DNA of 64,000 nucleotides from Alphaproteobacteria bacterium (GCA_965205265.1 CBDBGH010000003.1:2336001-2400000), one strand, 5' to 3'; positions 9,383-19,373 are shown, counted from the stretch's first letter. Numbers and translations are program-made. Notes: a model not told the origin generated them from the letters alone.

Positions 9383-10079
9383 AAGCCCGGTGCCTCTCCC
9401 GCACCGCTTACCGACCGCGGGCAGGGCCGCGCCAACGGTCCCGGCCGCGACGCCGGCCACGAAAAGGCCGCCGAACCGAAGCAGAAGACGCCCGACTTCG
9501 ACCTCGGGATGTAGCCTCCCGGCTCCGCTTCCGGCCAGCCCGACGGCGGCGGCAACCCCGAAACGTCCGGCAAGGCGCGCGCGTTCAAGCCGCCGGTCTC
9601 TCCGGAATCGGGCGCCGGATCGCCAGCCGCCGCCACGCGGCGACAGGGACGCTCTGCCGTGTCCTGGAGCCGCCTGATGCCGCCTCCGGTATCTTGGGAA
9701 AGCGCGCAACCGATCGGGCGCGCTGTTGGAAATCCCCTGCCCGGAGAGTCCCGCAGGATTCGCACTGTGGGACGGAACAAACACAGGAATTGTCCCGCCG
9801 AATCAAGGGCGTCATACGGCGCAATGCGCCGGAGCACCGATCGGCATGCACGCTTTTCCATGATACGATTGGCGGCGTTTGGCGGCCCCAGCGCACCGCA
9901 GCGCACGTCAGTCCGCCCATGCCGCGTTTCGCACCATGGTGCGGCAGGTGTGTCCAGGCTCCCGCCCTCCGGGCGGTCGGACAAGGCAAGCTCTGCCGCA
10001 ATGCCCTTTTGCCGCAACCCCGGCAACGGCAGGGAGTCCCAGCCGTCGCGGCGCTTGAGCGAGACGACCGGCCAACGAT

Positions 10080-10290
10080 CCGTGAGCGCGTTCCGCGTCG
10101 CCTTCCTGACGGCAGAGGTAACAGAACGGCGGGCGACTGTCGCGGTCGGCGGGATGACGCCGGGCGCGTTCATCGCCAACGACTGCCGTCACTGCTACGC
10201 CTTGCGGACGCTGGCGCCGGGCGAGGGGCTGTCGACGACCGGGGCGCTGTTCGGCCACCGCAACCCGCCAGGATCGACGCGCCGTTTCGC
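10080..10290 (+). pseudogene. Degenerate tyrosine recombinase C-terminal fragment
   Basis: NDCRHCYALRTLAPGEGLSTTGALFGHR resembles HDxRHxYASxALxxGExLxxIGxLLGH. Confidence 0.5.
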
Positions 10291-10477
10291 ATCGTCGGCC
10301 GCCGGGGGCGGAACCGCTGCGGACGCCTCCGGCAACTGGCACGGAAGTTTCACCCAGCAGGATGCCGGTCGTGACAGGAGCCTTCTCCCGAAGGTGATGA
10401 CCGGGAACTTCTACTCCGAATACGACGGCGTGGGCAGGATGGTCGGCGGCTTCAGTGCCAATCTGAAGACGGAGTAG
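10291..10477 (+). pseudogene. C-terminal fragment resembling a TbpB-like beta-barrel surface lipoprotein
   Basis: SGNWHGSF...PKVMTGNFYSEY..VGRMVGGFSAN alternating beta-strand pattern. Confidence 0.35.
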
Positions 10478-10797
10478 CGCAGCCGCAGGAATGCGTCTCC
10501 GCAGCGGCGCCGTCTCGCCATCGATGCAAACTCCAATGGGCGGCATGACTTCGGCGTCGCGAGGGGTGGAGGTCTTGCCGTTCCCTGACCCCTGATCGGG
10601 CGCCCGGTCTGGTATTGCCTTCTTCTTTCCAGGCTGGGCGTCCCCTTTCTCGCACCGCTTCGGAGTGCGGATGCCGCGCGGGCGGGTTGGCGTGCCGGAG
10701 CTTCCTGCCCGGCCGGGTTCCGCCGTCCCTCCTTCGACAATTGTCCGACCCGGCAACGGCGCATGTCCGGAATGAGCCGCAGCGCGCGATCTCATAC

Positions 10798-11170
10798 TCA
10801 TCGGCCATGGCTGCGGCGCGGGCGGGCATGGGAAGGCATCGGCGCCGTGTGAAGGTTCATCGCCTCGGCGATCAGTCTTCCAACCTCTTCGGCGGTCTCG
10901 ACCAGATGGCCGTCGGCGAGGTGGGCGTAGTCGGCGGTGGCACGGTGCCGCCGGTGGCCGAGCAGCTTTTCGACCAAGGGCAGGGTCTCGCCGGACATGA
11001 CGGCGTGGCTGGCCGCGGTGTTGCCATGGCGATCAGCACAAGCGCCCCTGTTTCATCCTACGGGGTGGCTCAGTACCGCGGCGACCATGACGGTTTCGTC
11101 CGCCGTCAGGAACCGCTCCTTCGGCTGCATGCGTAGCGAGAGGAGTTCTTGCAGGGGTTGGTTTTGTCGT
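10798..11170 (-). pseudogene. Tyrosine recombinase remnant
   Basis: NPCK..RY, MQPKERFLTADE and GETLPLVEKLLGHRRHRATADYAHL pieces in broken frames. Confidence 0.75.
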
Positions 11171-11179
11171 TGGACCACC

Positions 11180-13579
11180 TCAGGTGAAGCTGCGCGGGTG
11201 CCTCAGGTCGATGCAGCCAAGGAGCGCAACTGTGTGAGCGTGTGTTATACAATTGAATTCACGCCCAAAGCCAATCCAAGTCGGAAAACGCAAGAGTGGC
11301 AACGGACCGCAACCGGCGCTGGTCACAAATTTTAGATAATCCCACCGCGGAGTTCTCTTCAAGGGGCGCTGGGTGAATTGGTTGCGCCAATAGTCTCGAA
11401 AATCGTTGTACAACGGTTCCGTCGACAGTTCGTGGTCGCGGTGAGGTCTATCGGTGACCCCAAGATGGCGCAACAGATCTTCGTCTGGTTCGTGAAATTC
11501 CGTATCGACGGTGGCGTCTTGGTCTCTACTCCCATCGCTTGGCACGATATCGCCCGGAAACAGAACAGAGTGAAGGGGTAACCAGTTACCTGCTTTCGTT
11601 CGTACCCGGAGCTTCGAACGCCAGCATTCCTGTCCATTCGGACTCATGGATCTTCGAAGATCAGCGAGGGCTACTTCGACCGGTAGCTTGCGGGAAGCGA
11701 TCCAAAACTTCCGGCAAGTGTCATCAAGAGGCACCTGACTGCCGCTAGTTCCAAGAATGCGCTTTGCGGCGAGCCTGAAGCTACTCTCCGATGAAGGCGC
11801 TTTGATTCCAAGTTTTTTCAGCGCTGCAAGAGTATCTGGGTCGGAAGCCAATTTCGGATGGACACGCGACTCCCTGTTCGTGGGATCGTCACCGTTCAGG
11901 GAATCATCGGAAAGGAAGATGAAATCGGGTTCGGGCGATCTCCAGACACGATCTGCGGTTAGCACGATGCAGCCAAGTTCCTTGTTTGACTTTATTGCCT
12001 CGCGCGGAATGGATGCAGCCCTGAGGATTGCTGCCATAGAAGCCTGGATCGCTTCGTCTCCTTTCCTGCCTTCCACAAGCGCCTCAAGCCACTTCGCGAT
12101 GGACTCCTGTGGCGCGCTCTGACGGTCGTAGCCTGCCCCGCGTGCCGGGAACAGCCGGTTGATGGCGGCAAGTCGGCTCACACGATTGCGTGTAACAGCC
12201 GAGCAGTGGAGCCAATTACGGGGGCGATCTGGGTATTTTTCCCATCGCTCCAAAGGCACGGTGTACGAACTGTCAGTGAGCTTCTTCGGGGGATACGAGA
12301 GATCTCGGACTTCTCGCAATCTGCCATCTTGATCAGGGACAATTGCACGTCCATCGAGACAAGAAAAGAGGCATTTGCGAAGAAGCTCGACTTGTTGGGA
12401 ATCGCCTCCCTCGTGGCGACGCGGCAACGCATCAAGGTGCCTGGCGGGGTCTTCAGCGTCTGAGAGCTGCGGGAGTTTCTCAGCTATCATCCTTGCCGCT
12501 GCTTCGATTAGCTCGTCGTTATGCGGCCCCTGAAGCAGACTCTGCCGATCCTCGTTGGTTTTCCAAGGCGCGTTAAGGATGCCTGCCACGAGGCTCGCAG
12601 TATCGGTCGGGAAAAAGGCCCAGAAGTGACCCGGATCGGCTAAACGGTCGAGCGGCACGGCCCATTGGATCTGCGCGCACTCGTTTTCGTCATACAGGTG
12701 CCAATCGGCCCGAGCCTCAGGGGACAGATGGTGGGTCACGTCGAAGCGCATCCAGCGGGAGGTCCCCGCGTCGGTGTCCAGATGAAGCTCGCCGTCGTTG
12801 CGGCTCAATGTGATATTCCGAGAGTCGTCTCCATTCTCAAGGGTCAAATACCGGACATGATCGACGAAAAGCATGAATTCGGGCGGGAAATTCTGAATCT
12901 GCCGGGCAATCTCTGTTTGCACTCCTATACTGAGGGGAAGGCGAACAATATTCGTCGTCCAACTCATCAGCTCCTGCAAATCTTCATCCGTCTTCCTTGC
13001 CTCGTCGGGATCGATGGATTCGGGCAGACGCAGAACCGGATAGGGACCGGCAGACGCGGCTTCGGCTATGAGCTTTGCGGAGCGCTTCCTGTCGAAACGG
13101 AATGAACCGGAACGGCTGTAGAATTCAGGCGCATCGGTCACGCGCAGTACGGATTTGAAGCCGCGTCCAAATCTGCCGATTGCAGCGGTGTTCCTCTTGC
13201 TCGACATGCGGTCGAACATAAGCCCCTCGACACCTTTTTCGTCGATGGGAGTTCCGTCGTCAGCGCAGTAAAGGAATTCTCCCGTTAGCCGGATCAGGAT
13301 GCTCTGACTTCTCGGCGATTCGAGCAGAGAATCAGCGCTGTTCTGAACGAGTTCAAATAGTTGACGATGAGCGTATCCGCCCTGAGCCGTGTCTTGCTCC
13401 AAGCGAGCATGTTCGGTTGCCAGTTTTGCTTGTGCACGATATGCGTTGAGACTCTTTTGGGCCTCCTGTTCGATGAAAACACCGATCCGGCCAGAGGGAC
13501 CGGCCCAGATCGGTATCTCATCAGAGGAGGAGCCCGGGTCGCGATCACATGACATTTGAGCGGTGTGTGGTTCACTCAT
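11180..13579 (-). CDS. Sacsin-like N-terminal GHKL ATPase protein, probably C-terminally truncated
   Basis: FELVQNSAD, DDG, IGRFGRGFKSV motifs; AFFPT..G.LNAPW.TN.DR. Confidence 0.75.
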   Translation of the reverse strand: MSEPHTAQMSCDRDPGSSSDEIPIWAGPSGRIGVFIEQEAQKSLNAYRAQAKLATEHARLEQDTAQGGYAHRQLFELVQNSADSLLESPRSQSILIRLTGEFLYCADDGTPIDEKGVEGLMFDRMSSKRNTAAIGRFGRGFKSVLRVTDAPEFYSRSGSFRFDRKRSAKLIAEAASAGPYPVLRLPESIDPDEARKTDEDLQELMSWTTNIVRLPLSIGVQTEIARQIQNFPPEFMLFVDHVRYLTLENGDDSRNITLSRNDGELHLDTDAGTSRWMRFDVTHHLSPEARADWHLYDENECAQIQWAVPLDRLADPGHFWAFFPTDTASLVAGILNAPWKTNEDRQSLLQGPHNDELIEAAARMIAEKLPQLSDAEDPARHLDALPRRHEGGDSQQVELLRKCLFSCLDGRAIVPDQDGRLREVRDLSYPPKKLTDSSYTVPLERWEKYPDRPRNWLHCSAVTRNRVSRLAAINRLFPARGAGYDRQSAPQESIAKWLEALVEGRKGDEAIQASMAAILRAASIPREAIKSNKELGCIVLTADRVWRSPEPDFIFLSDDSLNGDDPTNRESRVHPKLASDPDTLAALKKLGIKAPSSESSFRLAAKRILGTSGSQVPLDDTCRKFWIASRKLPVEVALADLRRSMSPNGQECWRSKLRVRTKAGNWLPLHSVLFPGDIVPSDGSRDQDATVDTEFHEPDEDLLRHLGVTDRPHRDHELSTEPLYNDFRDYWRNQFTQRPLKRTPRWDYLKFVTSAGCGPLPLLRFPTWIGFGREFNCITHAHTVALLGCIDLRHPRSFT

Positions 13580-13880
13580 TCTCGACGTTTACCACAGTTT
13601 GGGGTTTGGGCAGTGTCGAGTGTCGAAAACCGTTCAACATCCATTTTCAGGTCCGTTTCTGCGACATGAGAAGTGCGTATTGGTTTTGCCGGCTTGTTCT
13701 TGAGCCATTACCGGGCCGGGAATCAGCAGCAGTTCCGTCCTGTATCCCATGACCTGCATCGTGGTGTCGCGCTGACGTGCGTTCCGCGTCACCACATTAA
13801 GGCACCGGTCGACAAGGAGGGTCGCACCTGTCGTACGATGGCGGTCGAAAGGATGGTGCGGACAGGTTCGTGCATCGGGC

Positions 13881-14906
13881 TTAGCGCCTAGGTCGAGTGA
13901 CCATTACCTCGTCGAGGCTCGCCGCCGTCAGTACCGCCTCCGCCCAGGCTTCCAGCTCGGAAGCCGACGCGTCGCGAACCCGCTCGTGCACCGCATCCGG
14001 CACAATCCCGAAGCGCAGCTCCAGAAGACGAAGAACGGTCCTGGCTTGGCCCTCGATGCGGCCCTCGTTTCGTCCTTCCGCCCATCCCTCAGCCCGTCCT
14101 TCGACCCGTCCGGCAGTGCGGCCTTCTTCCCGCCCCTCTGCTCTTCCCTGTTCGATCCATGCTTCGGCGACGGTACCCATCAGCGCCTCCCATCGGTCCG
14201 GCTTCGTCCGGCGCAGCGACGCCTCCAGCATCACGGGCGTCAGGTTCATGCGCTCGGCGATGTAGCGCACAATATGACGCTCGAACGCGCTCCCGGCAAC
14301 CGGCCCGCCGGTCATCAGGTCGAGAAGGTCAGCCGGAATGTCCGTGGCATGGACCACCCGGAGCGCCAGCAGCCCGGCCCTGACCTCCGGCGTCCGCGAC
14401 AGATGCAGCGGCTCGATCCCGCCCAGGTCGTGCAGCACATAGGCGAACTCCCGGGCGAACCGCCCCAGTTCCTCGGGCGCGTCGATCATCTCGGCCACCG
14501 AGCGCGGCACGGTCCAGCGGCCCGGACCGTGGTAGAAGACGAGCGGGACGATCGCCGGCAGCCGGTCCCGGGCAGCGCCGCCCTCGATCTCGCGGAGCCA
14601 GATGCTGGCGAGGTATTTCAGGATCTGGAGCGGTGTGGCGGCGTCGATATGGCTCTTGTGCTCCAGGAGCGCGAATATGAAGGCATCCTCGCCGGTCCTG
14701 AGCCTGACCCTGAAGAGGGCGTCGCATTGGGTCCTCGCGGCGTCCTCATCGACGAAGCTGCCCTCGACCGCCTCCGGCGGGGTGTCGGGATCGAGCAGAT
14801 CGGCGACCTCCGGCGGCAGGTATTCCGCAAGCAGCGCGCCGGCGCGGGCCGGGTCTGAGACCAGCGCCCGGAACAGCGCGTCGTGCGGCGTCGCGGGAAG
14901 GCTCAC
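13881..14906 (-). CDS. Rpn (YhgA-like, Transposase_31) recombination-promoting nuclease with DUF4351-type tail
   Basis: TPHDALFR, DALFRV, LLEHKS, IVPLVFYHG, EGRxEG repeats; GTG start at 14906 inferred. Confidence 0.9.
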   Translation of the reverse strand: MSLPATPHDALFRALVSDPARAGALLAEYLPPEVADLLDPDTPPEAVEGSFVDEDAARTQCDALFRVRLRTGEDAFIFALLEHKSHIDAATPLQILKYLASIWLREIEGGAARDRLPAIVPLVFYHGPGRWTVPRSVAEMIDAPEELGRFAREFAYVLHDLGGIEPLHLSRTPEVRAGLLALRVVHATDIPADLLDLMTGGPVAGSAFERHIVRYIAERMNLTPVMLEASLRRTKPDRWEALMGTVAEAWIEQGRAEGREEGRTAGRVEGRAEGWAEGRNEGRIEGQARTVLRLLELRFGIVPDAVHERVRDASASELEAWAEAVLTAASLDEVMVTRPRR

Positions 14907-15170
14907 CGGGCGGGCGCTCGGCGGATGTCCCGCCCGCGGCCCGTGACAGGAACGGCATTCGTCATGGCGGCACCCTACGCCGACCGGTCCTTCCGGTCGA
15001 CCGGGAACGGTCCCCTCGACGCCACCAGGCGGCCAGAATGCCGGCGGCGGAGCGACGCGTCTCGCTCGCCGGTTACGCAACTCCGGTATACACCCGCAGC
15101 GTGTGCGTTTGCGTTTTCCTGAACCCAGCCCGAATCTTTCAAGGTATCAGACAACCCTGTCCGGCGCGTG

Positions 15171-16439
15171 TCATCCCGCTGGCGGAACGTTTGCCGGGAC
15201 GGCTTCTTGTGCCAGGGCGTCGATCCTGTCGGCGATCTTCTGCGCGGCGTCGCGGAGCTGGCCCATGGTCCAGTCGGCGGCGTAGCCCTCGGTCACGTCC
15301 TGGGGCCGGGCATGGTTGACCAGCCGCTTGGTCAGGCTGGCCGGCAGCATCAGGGCGCGGTCGGCGACGGTGATGAAGCAGTTGCGCAGGGCGTGGAACC
15401 AGAACCGCGCGCCGCCGGCCTCGCCGATGCGCGCGTTCAGGTGCTGCATGCCCTCGAGATGGCCGGACCCGCTGGTCTCCGACGGGAACACCCAGACCCG
15501 GGTCGTCTCGGCAAAGCCGTCCCGCCCTGCCATGCGCCTCTCAAGGATGGCCGCGAGTTGGCGGGTGACGGGAAGCTCCAGCGGCTCGCCGGTCTTGGTG
15601 TCCTCGACCCGGAACGTCATCGCCGCCATGTCGATGCGCGCCCATGCGAGGCCGAACACCTCGGCCCGGCGCATGCCGGTGTAGAGGCCGAAGCGGAAGG
15701 CGTCGCGCGCGACCGGGTTGCGCACCGCGGTCTCGATGCCCCGGCTCCAGCGCGGCAGCACCTCGGCCGGGGGCCGGATGGTGCGCCGCTTCTGGCGGTG
15801 CGGCCGCCCGCCCGCGGCGCGCCACTGCTCGACCGGATTGCGCAGCCCCTCATGGTCGATGCACTGGCGGCGGTAGAGGGCGCCCAGCATCTTCACCGCG
15901 TTGTTGGCCTGCACCCACCCGGCGTTGTCGGTCAGGCTGCGGAAGCGCTGTTCGACATCGCGGCGCTCGATGGTGTCGAGGGGACGGTCGAGCCAGTCGG
16001 CGAGGTCCCGGTGGACGGTGATGCGGTAGAGCGCGACCGTGCTGTCCCTGCGCGCCGGCCCGGCGGCGAGATAGTCCTCGAAGGCCTCGCGCAAGGTCGG
16101 CATGGCGCGGGCGCGGGTGCGGGTGCGCCCCGCCGCCGGATCCTCGCCGGCGGCGACGCGGCCCAGCGTTTCCTGGGCGAGGCGCCTGGCCTGTTCGGGG
16201 GTGATCCTGCCGTGGCGTCCGACGACCAGCCTGCGGTTGGCGGCCTTTCGCCCGCCGCCGCCGGCGCGGTAGTTGACGATGTAGGAGCGCACGCCCGAGG
16301 GCTGGACGCGGATGCCGAAGCCGGTGAGGCGGTCGTCCCATGCGATGAAGGGTTTCCCGCCCGGCTTCAGGGCCTCGACATTGCGCTTGTTGAGGGTGAT
16401 CTTGAGGTTTGCGGTTCGCTTGCCGGGTTGTGTTGACAT
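15171..16439 (-). CDS. Tyrosine integrase with arm-binding N-terminal domain
   Basis: WD..LTGFGIRV; TGMRRAE, TKTG, HALRNCF, LVNH, VTEGY catalytic set. Confidence 0.92.
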   Translation of the reverse strand: MSTQPGKRTANLKITLNKRNVEALKPGGKPFIAWDDRLTGFGIRVQPSGVRSYIVNYRAGGGGRKAANRRLVVGRHGRITPEQARRLAQETLGRVAAGEDPAAGRTRTRARAMPTLREAFEDYLAAGPARRDSTVALYRITVHRDLADWLDRPLDTIERRDVEQRFRSLTDNAGWVQANNAVKMLGALYRRQCIDHEGLRNPVEQWRAAGGRPHRQKRRTIRPPAEVLPRWSRGIETAVRNPVARDAFRFGLYTGMRRAEVFGLAWARIDMAAMTFRVEDTKTGEPLELPVTRQLAAILERRMAGRDGFAETTRVWVFPSETSGSGHLEGMQHLNARIGEAGGARFWFHALRNCFITVADRALMLPASLTKRLVNHARPQDVTEGYAADWTMGQLRDAAQKIADRIDALAQEAVPANVPPAG

Positions 16440-16630
16440 GGTGACATTCTCCCGAAACGGCCTCGAATATCACCATACAGGTCAACACATGAAAGTCAAC
16501 GGGAGCTTACGAGAGCGCAGGTGAGTCGTCGCATGTCGCACAAGGCTAGACCCATCATATTGAAATAACAACGATTTACATGGACAATCACTGCCATACG
16601 CGGACAGGCGTATGATGAGACACTGAACCA

Positions 16631-17071
16631 TTCGGTCTCAACCGCGCCGAACTGATCGGCCGCCTCGGCGCCGACGTCGCCGTCAATCACCTCCAGAGCG
16701 GCGGCCGCGTCGCCAATCTGAGCATCGCCACCGACGAGTCCTACATCGACGCCAAGACCGGCGAGCGGGTCGACCGCACCGAGTGGCACCGCATCGTCAC
16801 CTTCCAGGACGGCCTGATCGACATGCTGGTCAGGCACGCGGTCAAGGGCCGTCTGGTCTACGTCGCCGGCAAGCTCCAGACCCGGCGCTGGAAGAAGGAG
16901 GGCGAGGACTCCGACCGCTTCTCCACCGAGATCCTGCTGGTCCCGGGCGGCCGCGTCCAGTTCCTCGACAAGGCCAACGGCTCCCGGCCGCAGCCCGACC
17001 CGGACATGGCGGGCGACGCCGCTCCGGTTGCGGCGCCCGCCGACATGGACGGCGACCGGATTCCGTTCTGA
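16631..17071 (+). pseudogene. ssb: Single-stranded DNA-binding protein lacking its start codon
   Basis: LNRAELIGRLGAD, TEWHRIV, VYVAGKLQTRRW, DRIPF C-terminus; in-frame TGA at 16616-16618 and no ATG until 16823. Confidence 0.85.
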
Positions 17072-17099
17072 TCGGCGTCATGCTTCCTCCCCGGCCTGG

Positions 17100-17126
17100 C
17101 CGGCGCTTCGGCGCCGGTCTTTTTTT
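17100..17126 (+). terminator. Rho-independent terminator after ssb
   Basis: CCGGCGC-TTCG-GCGCCGG followed by TCTTTTTTT. Confidence 0.8.
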
Positions 17127-17301
17127 GCTGCCGGTCCGGAGGCGTCCCCGGTTCCATGGCGCGTCCGCGCTTCGCGCGGCGCGCGCCTTCTCCGGCGCCG
17201 GCCGGAGGCGGAGGCCGGCCGGTATCGGGCGTTCCGTTCCCATGCAGGAGTCCCGCCATGCCCGATGACAGGTTCCGCCGCCGTCCCGCCGGGGGCCGGC
17301 C

Positions 17302-18276
17302 ATGAACGCCGGCGCCCTCGCCGCCGCGCTCGCGGCGCGCGCCGAGGCGGTCTGCCGCCACTATTTGCCCCACGGCCGTCGCCAGGGCCGCTACTGGATC
17401 TGCGGCGATCTCGACGGCGCCCGCGGGCGCTCCCTCTTCGTCCGCCTTTCCGGCCCCGGCAAGCCGGGCGGCTGGACGGATGCCGCCACCGGCGAGCACG
17501 GCGACCTGCTCGACATCATCCGCCACCGCTCCCGCGCGCCGACGCTGCGCGCGGCGCTCGACGAGGCGCGGCGCTTCCTCGCCTTGCCGGCTGCGCCGGC
17601 AACGGCATCGGACGACCCCTGGGACGCCACCGAGGCGGCGCGCCGCCTGTGGCGCGGCTGCCGCGCCCTCGACGGCAGTCACGCCGAGCGCTATCTCCAC
17701 GCCCGCGGGCTCGGCCGCTGCCGCTTCGCGGCGCTGCGCTTCCACCCGGCCCTTCGCTACCGCGAAGGCGCCTCGGTGCGCCGCCTCCCGGCGCTGGTCG
17801 CCGCCGTCACCGGCGGCGACGGCCGGCTCTTCGGCGTCCAGCGCACCTGGCTCGATCCGTTCCAACCCGCCAAGGCGGGGGTCGCGCATCCGCGCAAGGC
17901 GCTCGGCCGCATCCACGGCCTCGCGGTGCGCTTCGGCGTTCCCGCCGACGACGCTGCGCTCGTCGTCGGCGAGGGCATCGAGACCGTGCTCTCGCTGGTC
18001 GCCGCCGTGCCGGAAATCCGCGCCGCGGCAGCGCTCTCGGCCGGCAGCCTCGGCGCATTCGCGCCTCCGCCCGGCCTCGCCCGGCTGGTGATCGCGCGCG
18101 ACAACGACGAGGAGGGCGCGCGCGCCGCCGAACGCCTCGCCCGGCGCTCCGCGCGGGCCGGCGTCGCCGCCACGGTGATCGTCCCTCAGGGCAACGACTT
18201 CAACGACGACCTGGTCGCGCTCGGCGCGGCGGCGCTGCGCGCCCGCCTCGCGCCCCTGTTCCGCGCCGGCGCCTGA
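17302..18276 (+). CDS. Toprim-domain primase-like protein (plasmid/ICE type)
   Basis: G.WTD.ATGEHGDLLD, YL.ARG, LRFHP, VGEGIET, IARDND, DFND. Confidence 0.85.
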   Translation: MNAGALAAALAARAEAVCRHYLPHGRRQGRYWICGDLDGARGRSLFVRLSGPGKPGGWTDAATGEHGDLLDIIRHRSRAPTLRAALDEARRFLALPAAPATASDDPWDATEAARRLWRGCRALDGSHAERYLHARGLGRCRFAALRFHPALRYREGASVRRLPALVAAVTGGDGRLFGVQRTWLDPFQPAKAGVAHPRKALGRIHGLAVRFGVPADDAALVVGEGIETVLSLVAAVPEIRAAAALSAGSLGAFAPPPGLARLVIARDNDEEGARAAERLARRSARAGVAATVIVPQGNDFNDDLVALGAAALRARLAPLFRAGA

Positions 18277-18344
18277 CCCAGTCCGGGGAGGGAGAGGAAA
18301 GCGGAGGCCGGGCAAGCCGCCCCGAAGAGAGGAGGAGGGAGATC

Positions 18345-18680
18345 ATGAGTTCCGTCATCAACCTGAAGCACGCGCCCACGCTGCGCGCGCTGCTCGCCCG
18401 CCATCCGGTGCAGGACGCCGCCGTCCTGATCGACCGCCGCACGCCCTGGGGCAATCCGTTCCGGATCGGCCCCGGCCAGGACCGCGCCCGGGCGACCGCG
18501 CGCTACCGCGCCGATCTCTGGCGGCGCATCCGCGCCGGCGAGATCGATCTGGAGGCGCTGGCCGCGCTGCATGGCCGCCGCCTCGCCTGCTGGTGCGCGC
18601 CGCTGCCCTGTCACGGCCATGTGCTGGCCCGTGCCGCGGCCTGGGCGGCGCGGCAGCTGGCGGACGGGGGCGCGTCATGA
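18345..18680 (+). CDS. DUF4326 family protein
   Basis: IDRRTPWGNPF...L.GRRLACWCAPLPCHGHVL; GGAGG RBS upstream. Confidence 0.88.
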   Translation: MSSVINLKHAPTLRALLARHPVQDAAVLIDRRTPWGNPFRIGPGQDRARATARYRADLWRRIRAGEIDLEALAALHGRRLACWCAPLPCHGHVLARAAAWAARQLADGGAS

Positions 18681-18904
18681 GTGCCATCGCCTTCCGCCGT
18701 ATCGCACCGGACGTGGCGCGCGTCTACTGCGACGGCGACCATGTCGGCGACGTCTGCGCCCGCGACGATCCGCTGCGCGAGGGCGCGCGGTATTACGTCA
18801 TCCATCTCGACGAGGATCCGCGCGGTCCCTGCCGCGTCCATGACCGCGACCGCATCCGCGAGGTGGCCAGGCAGCGGATCCTCTCGCATCCGCTGTGGGG
18901 GTGA
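18677..18904 (+). CDS. Hypothetical protein, 75 aa
   Basis: ATGA overlap with the DUF4326 gene; GC3-rich codon usage. Confidence 0.65.
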   Translation: MSAIAFRRIAPDVARVYCDGDHVGDVCARDDPLREGARYYVIHLDEDPRGPCRVHDRDRIREVARQRILSHPLWG

Positions 18905-19373
18905 ACCGCTGTCCATCGGCGCCCCATCGAACGGTGCGGGGATCGTCCGGGCGATGCCTCCGGTCGCTGGCGCTCCCTGCGCGCTTCGCTTGCACGGCCG
19001 GCCGCCAGGTCCGGGAGCACTCCCGGAGGCCGTGCCGGGCCGCACCGCCCAAGGGGTCCGTGCGTGTTGAAACAGATACGCACCCTGCTGTGATGTCCCA
19101 TTGTGCCACACGTGCTCACTCCACCAACCCGCTGCGCGGGTCCTCCGCTCCGCTCCGGCCGGGACTCGCAATGAAACGGCGCTCGCGCGCCTAGGCCCGA
19201 TGGCGCGCGCGACCGTGGCTCCGCGCTCGCTGCGCTCGCTTGTGCGCCCGCACCATCGCGCACCCCATCGGGCCATTCATTCCGGTCCCGGTGGTTCCGC
19301 TGCGCGCGCGTGACCCAACAGGACACCACACCGGGGATCGGCCCCGGACGTGAAACCGATCAAGGAGATCGAC

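Larger units (their letters stand above)
2293..9411 (+). mobile_element. IS66-family element, copy 2, with duplicated left end and a nested IS21
   Basis: Starts GTAAGCGG at 2293, ends CCGCTTAC at 9411; 8-bp target duplication CGACCGCG at 2285-2292 and 9412-9419. Confidence 0.95.
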
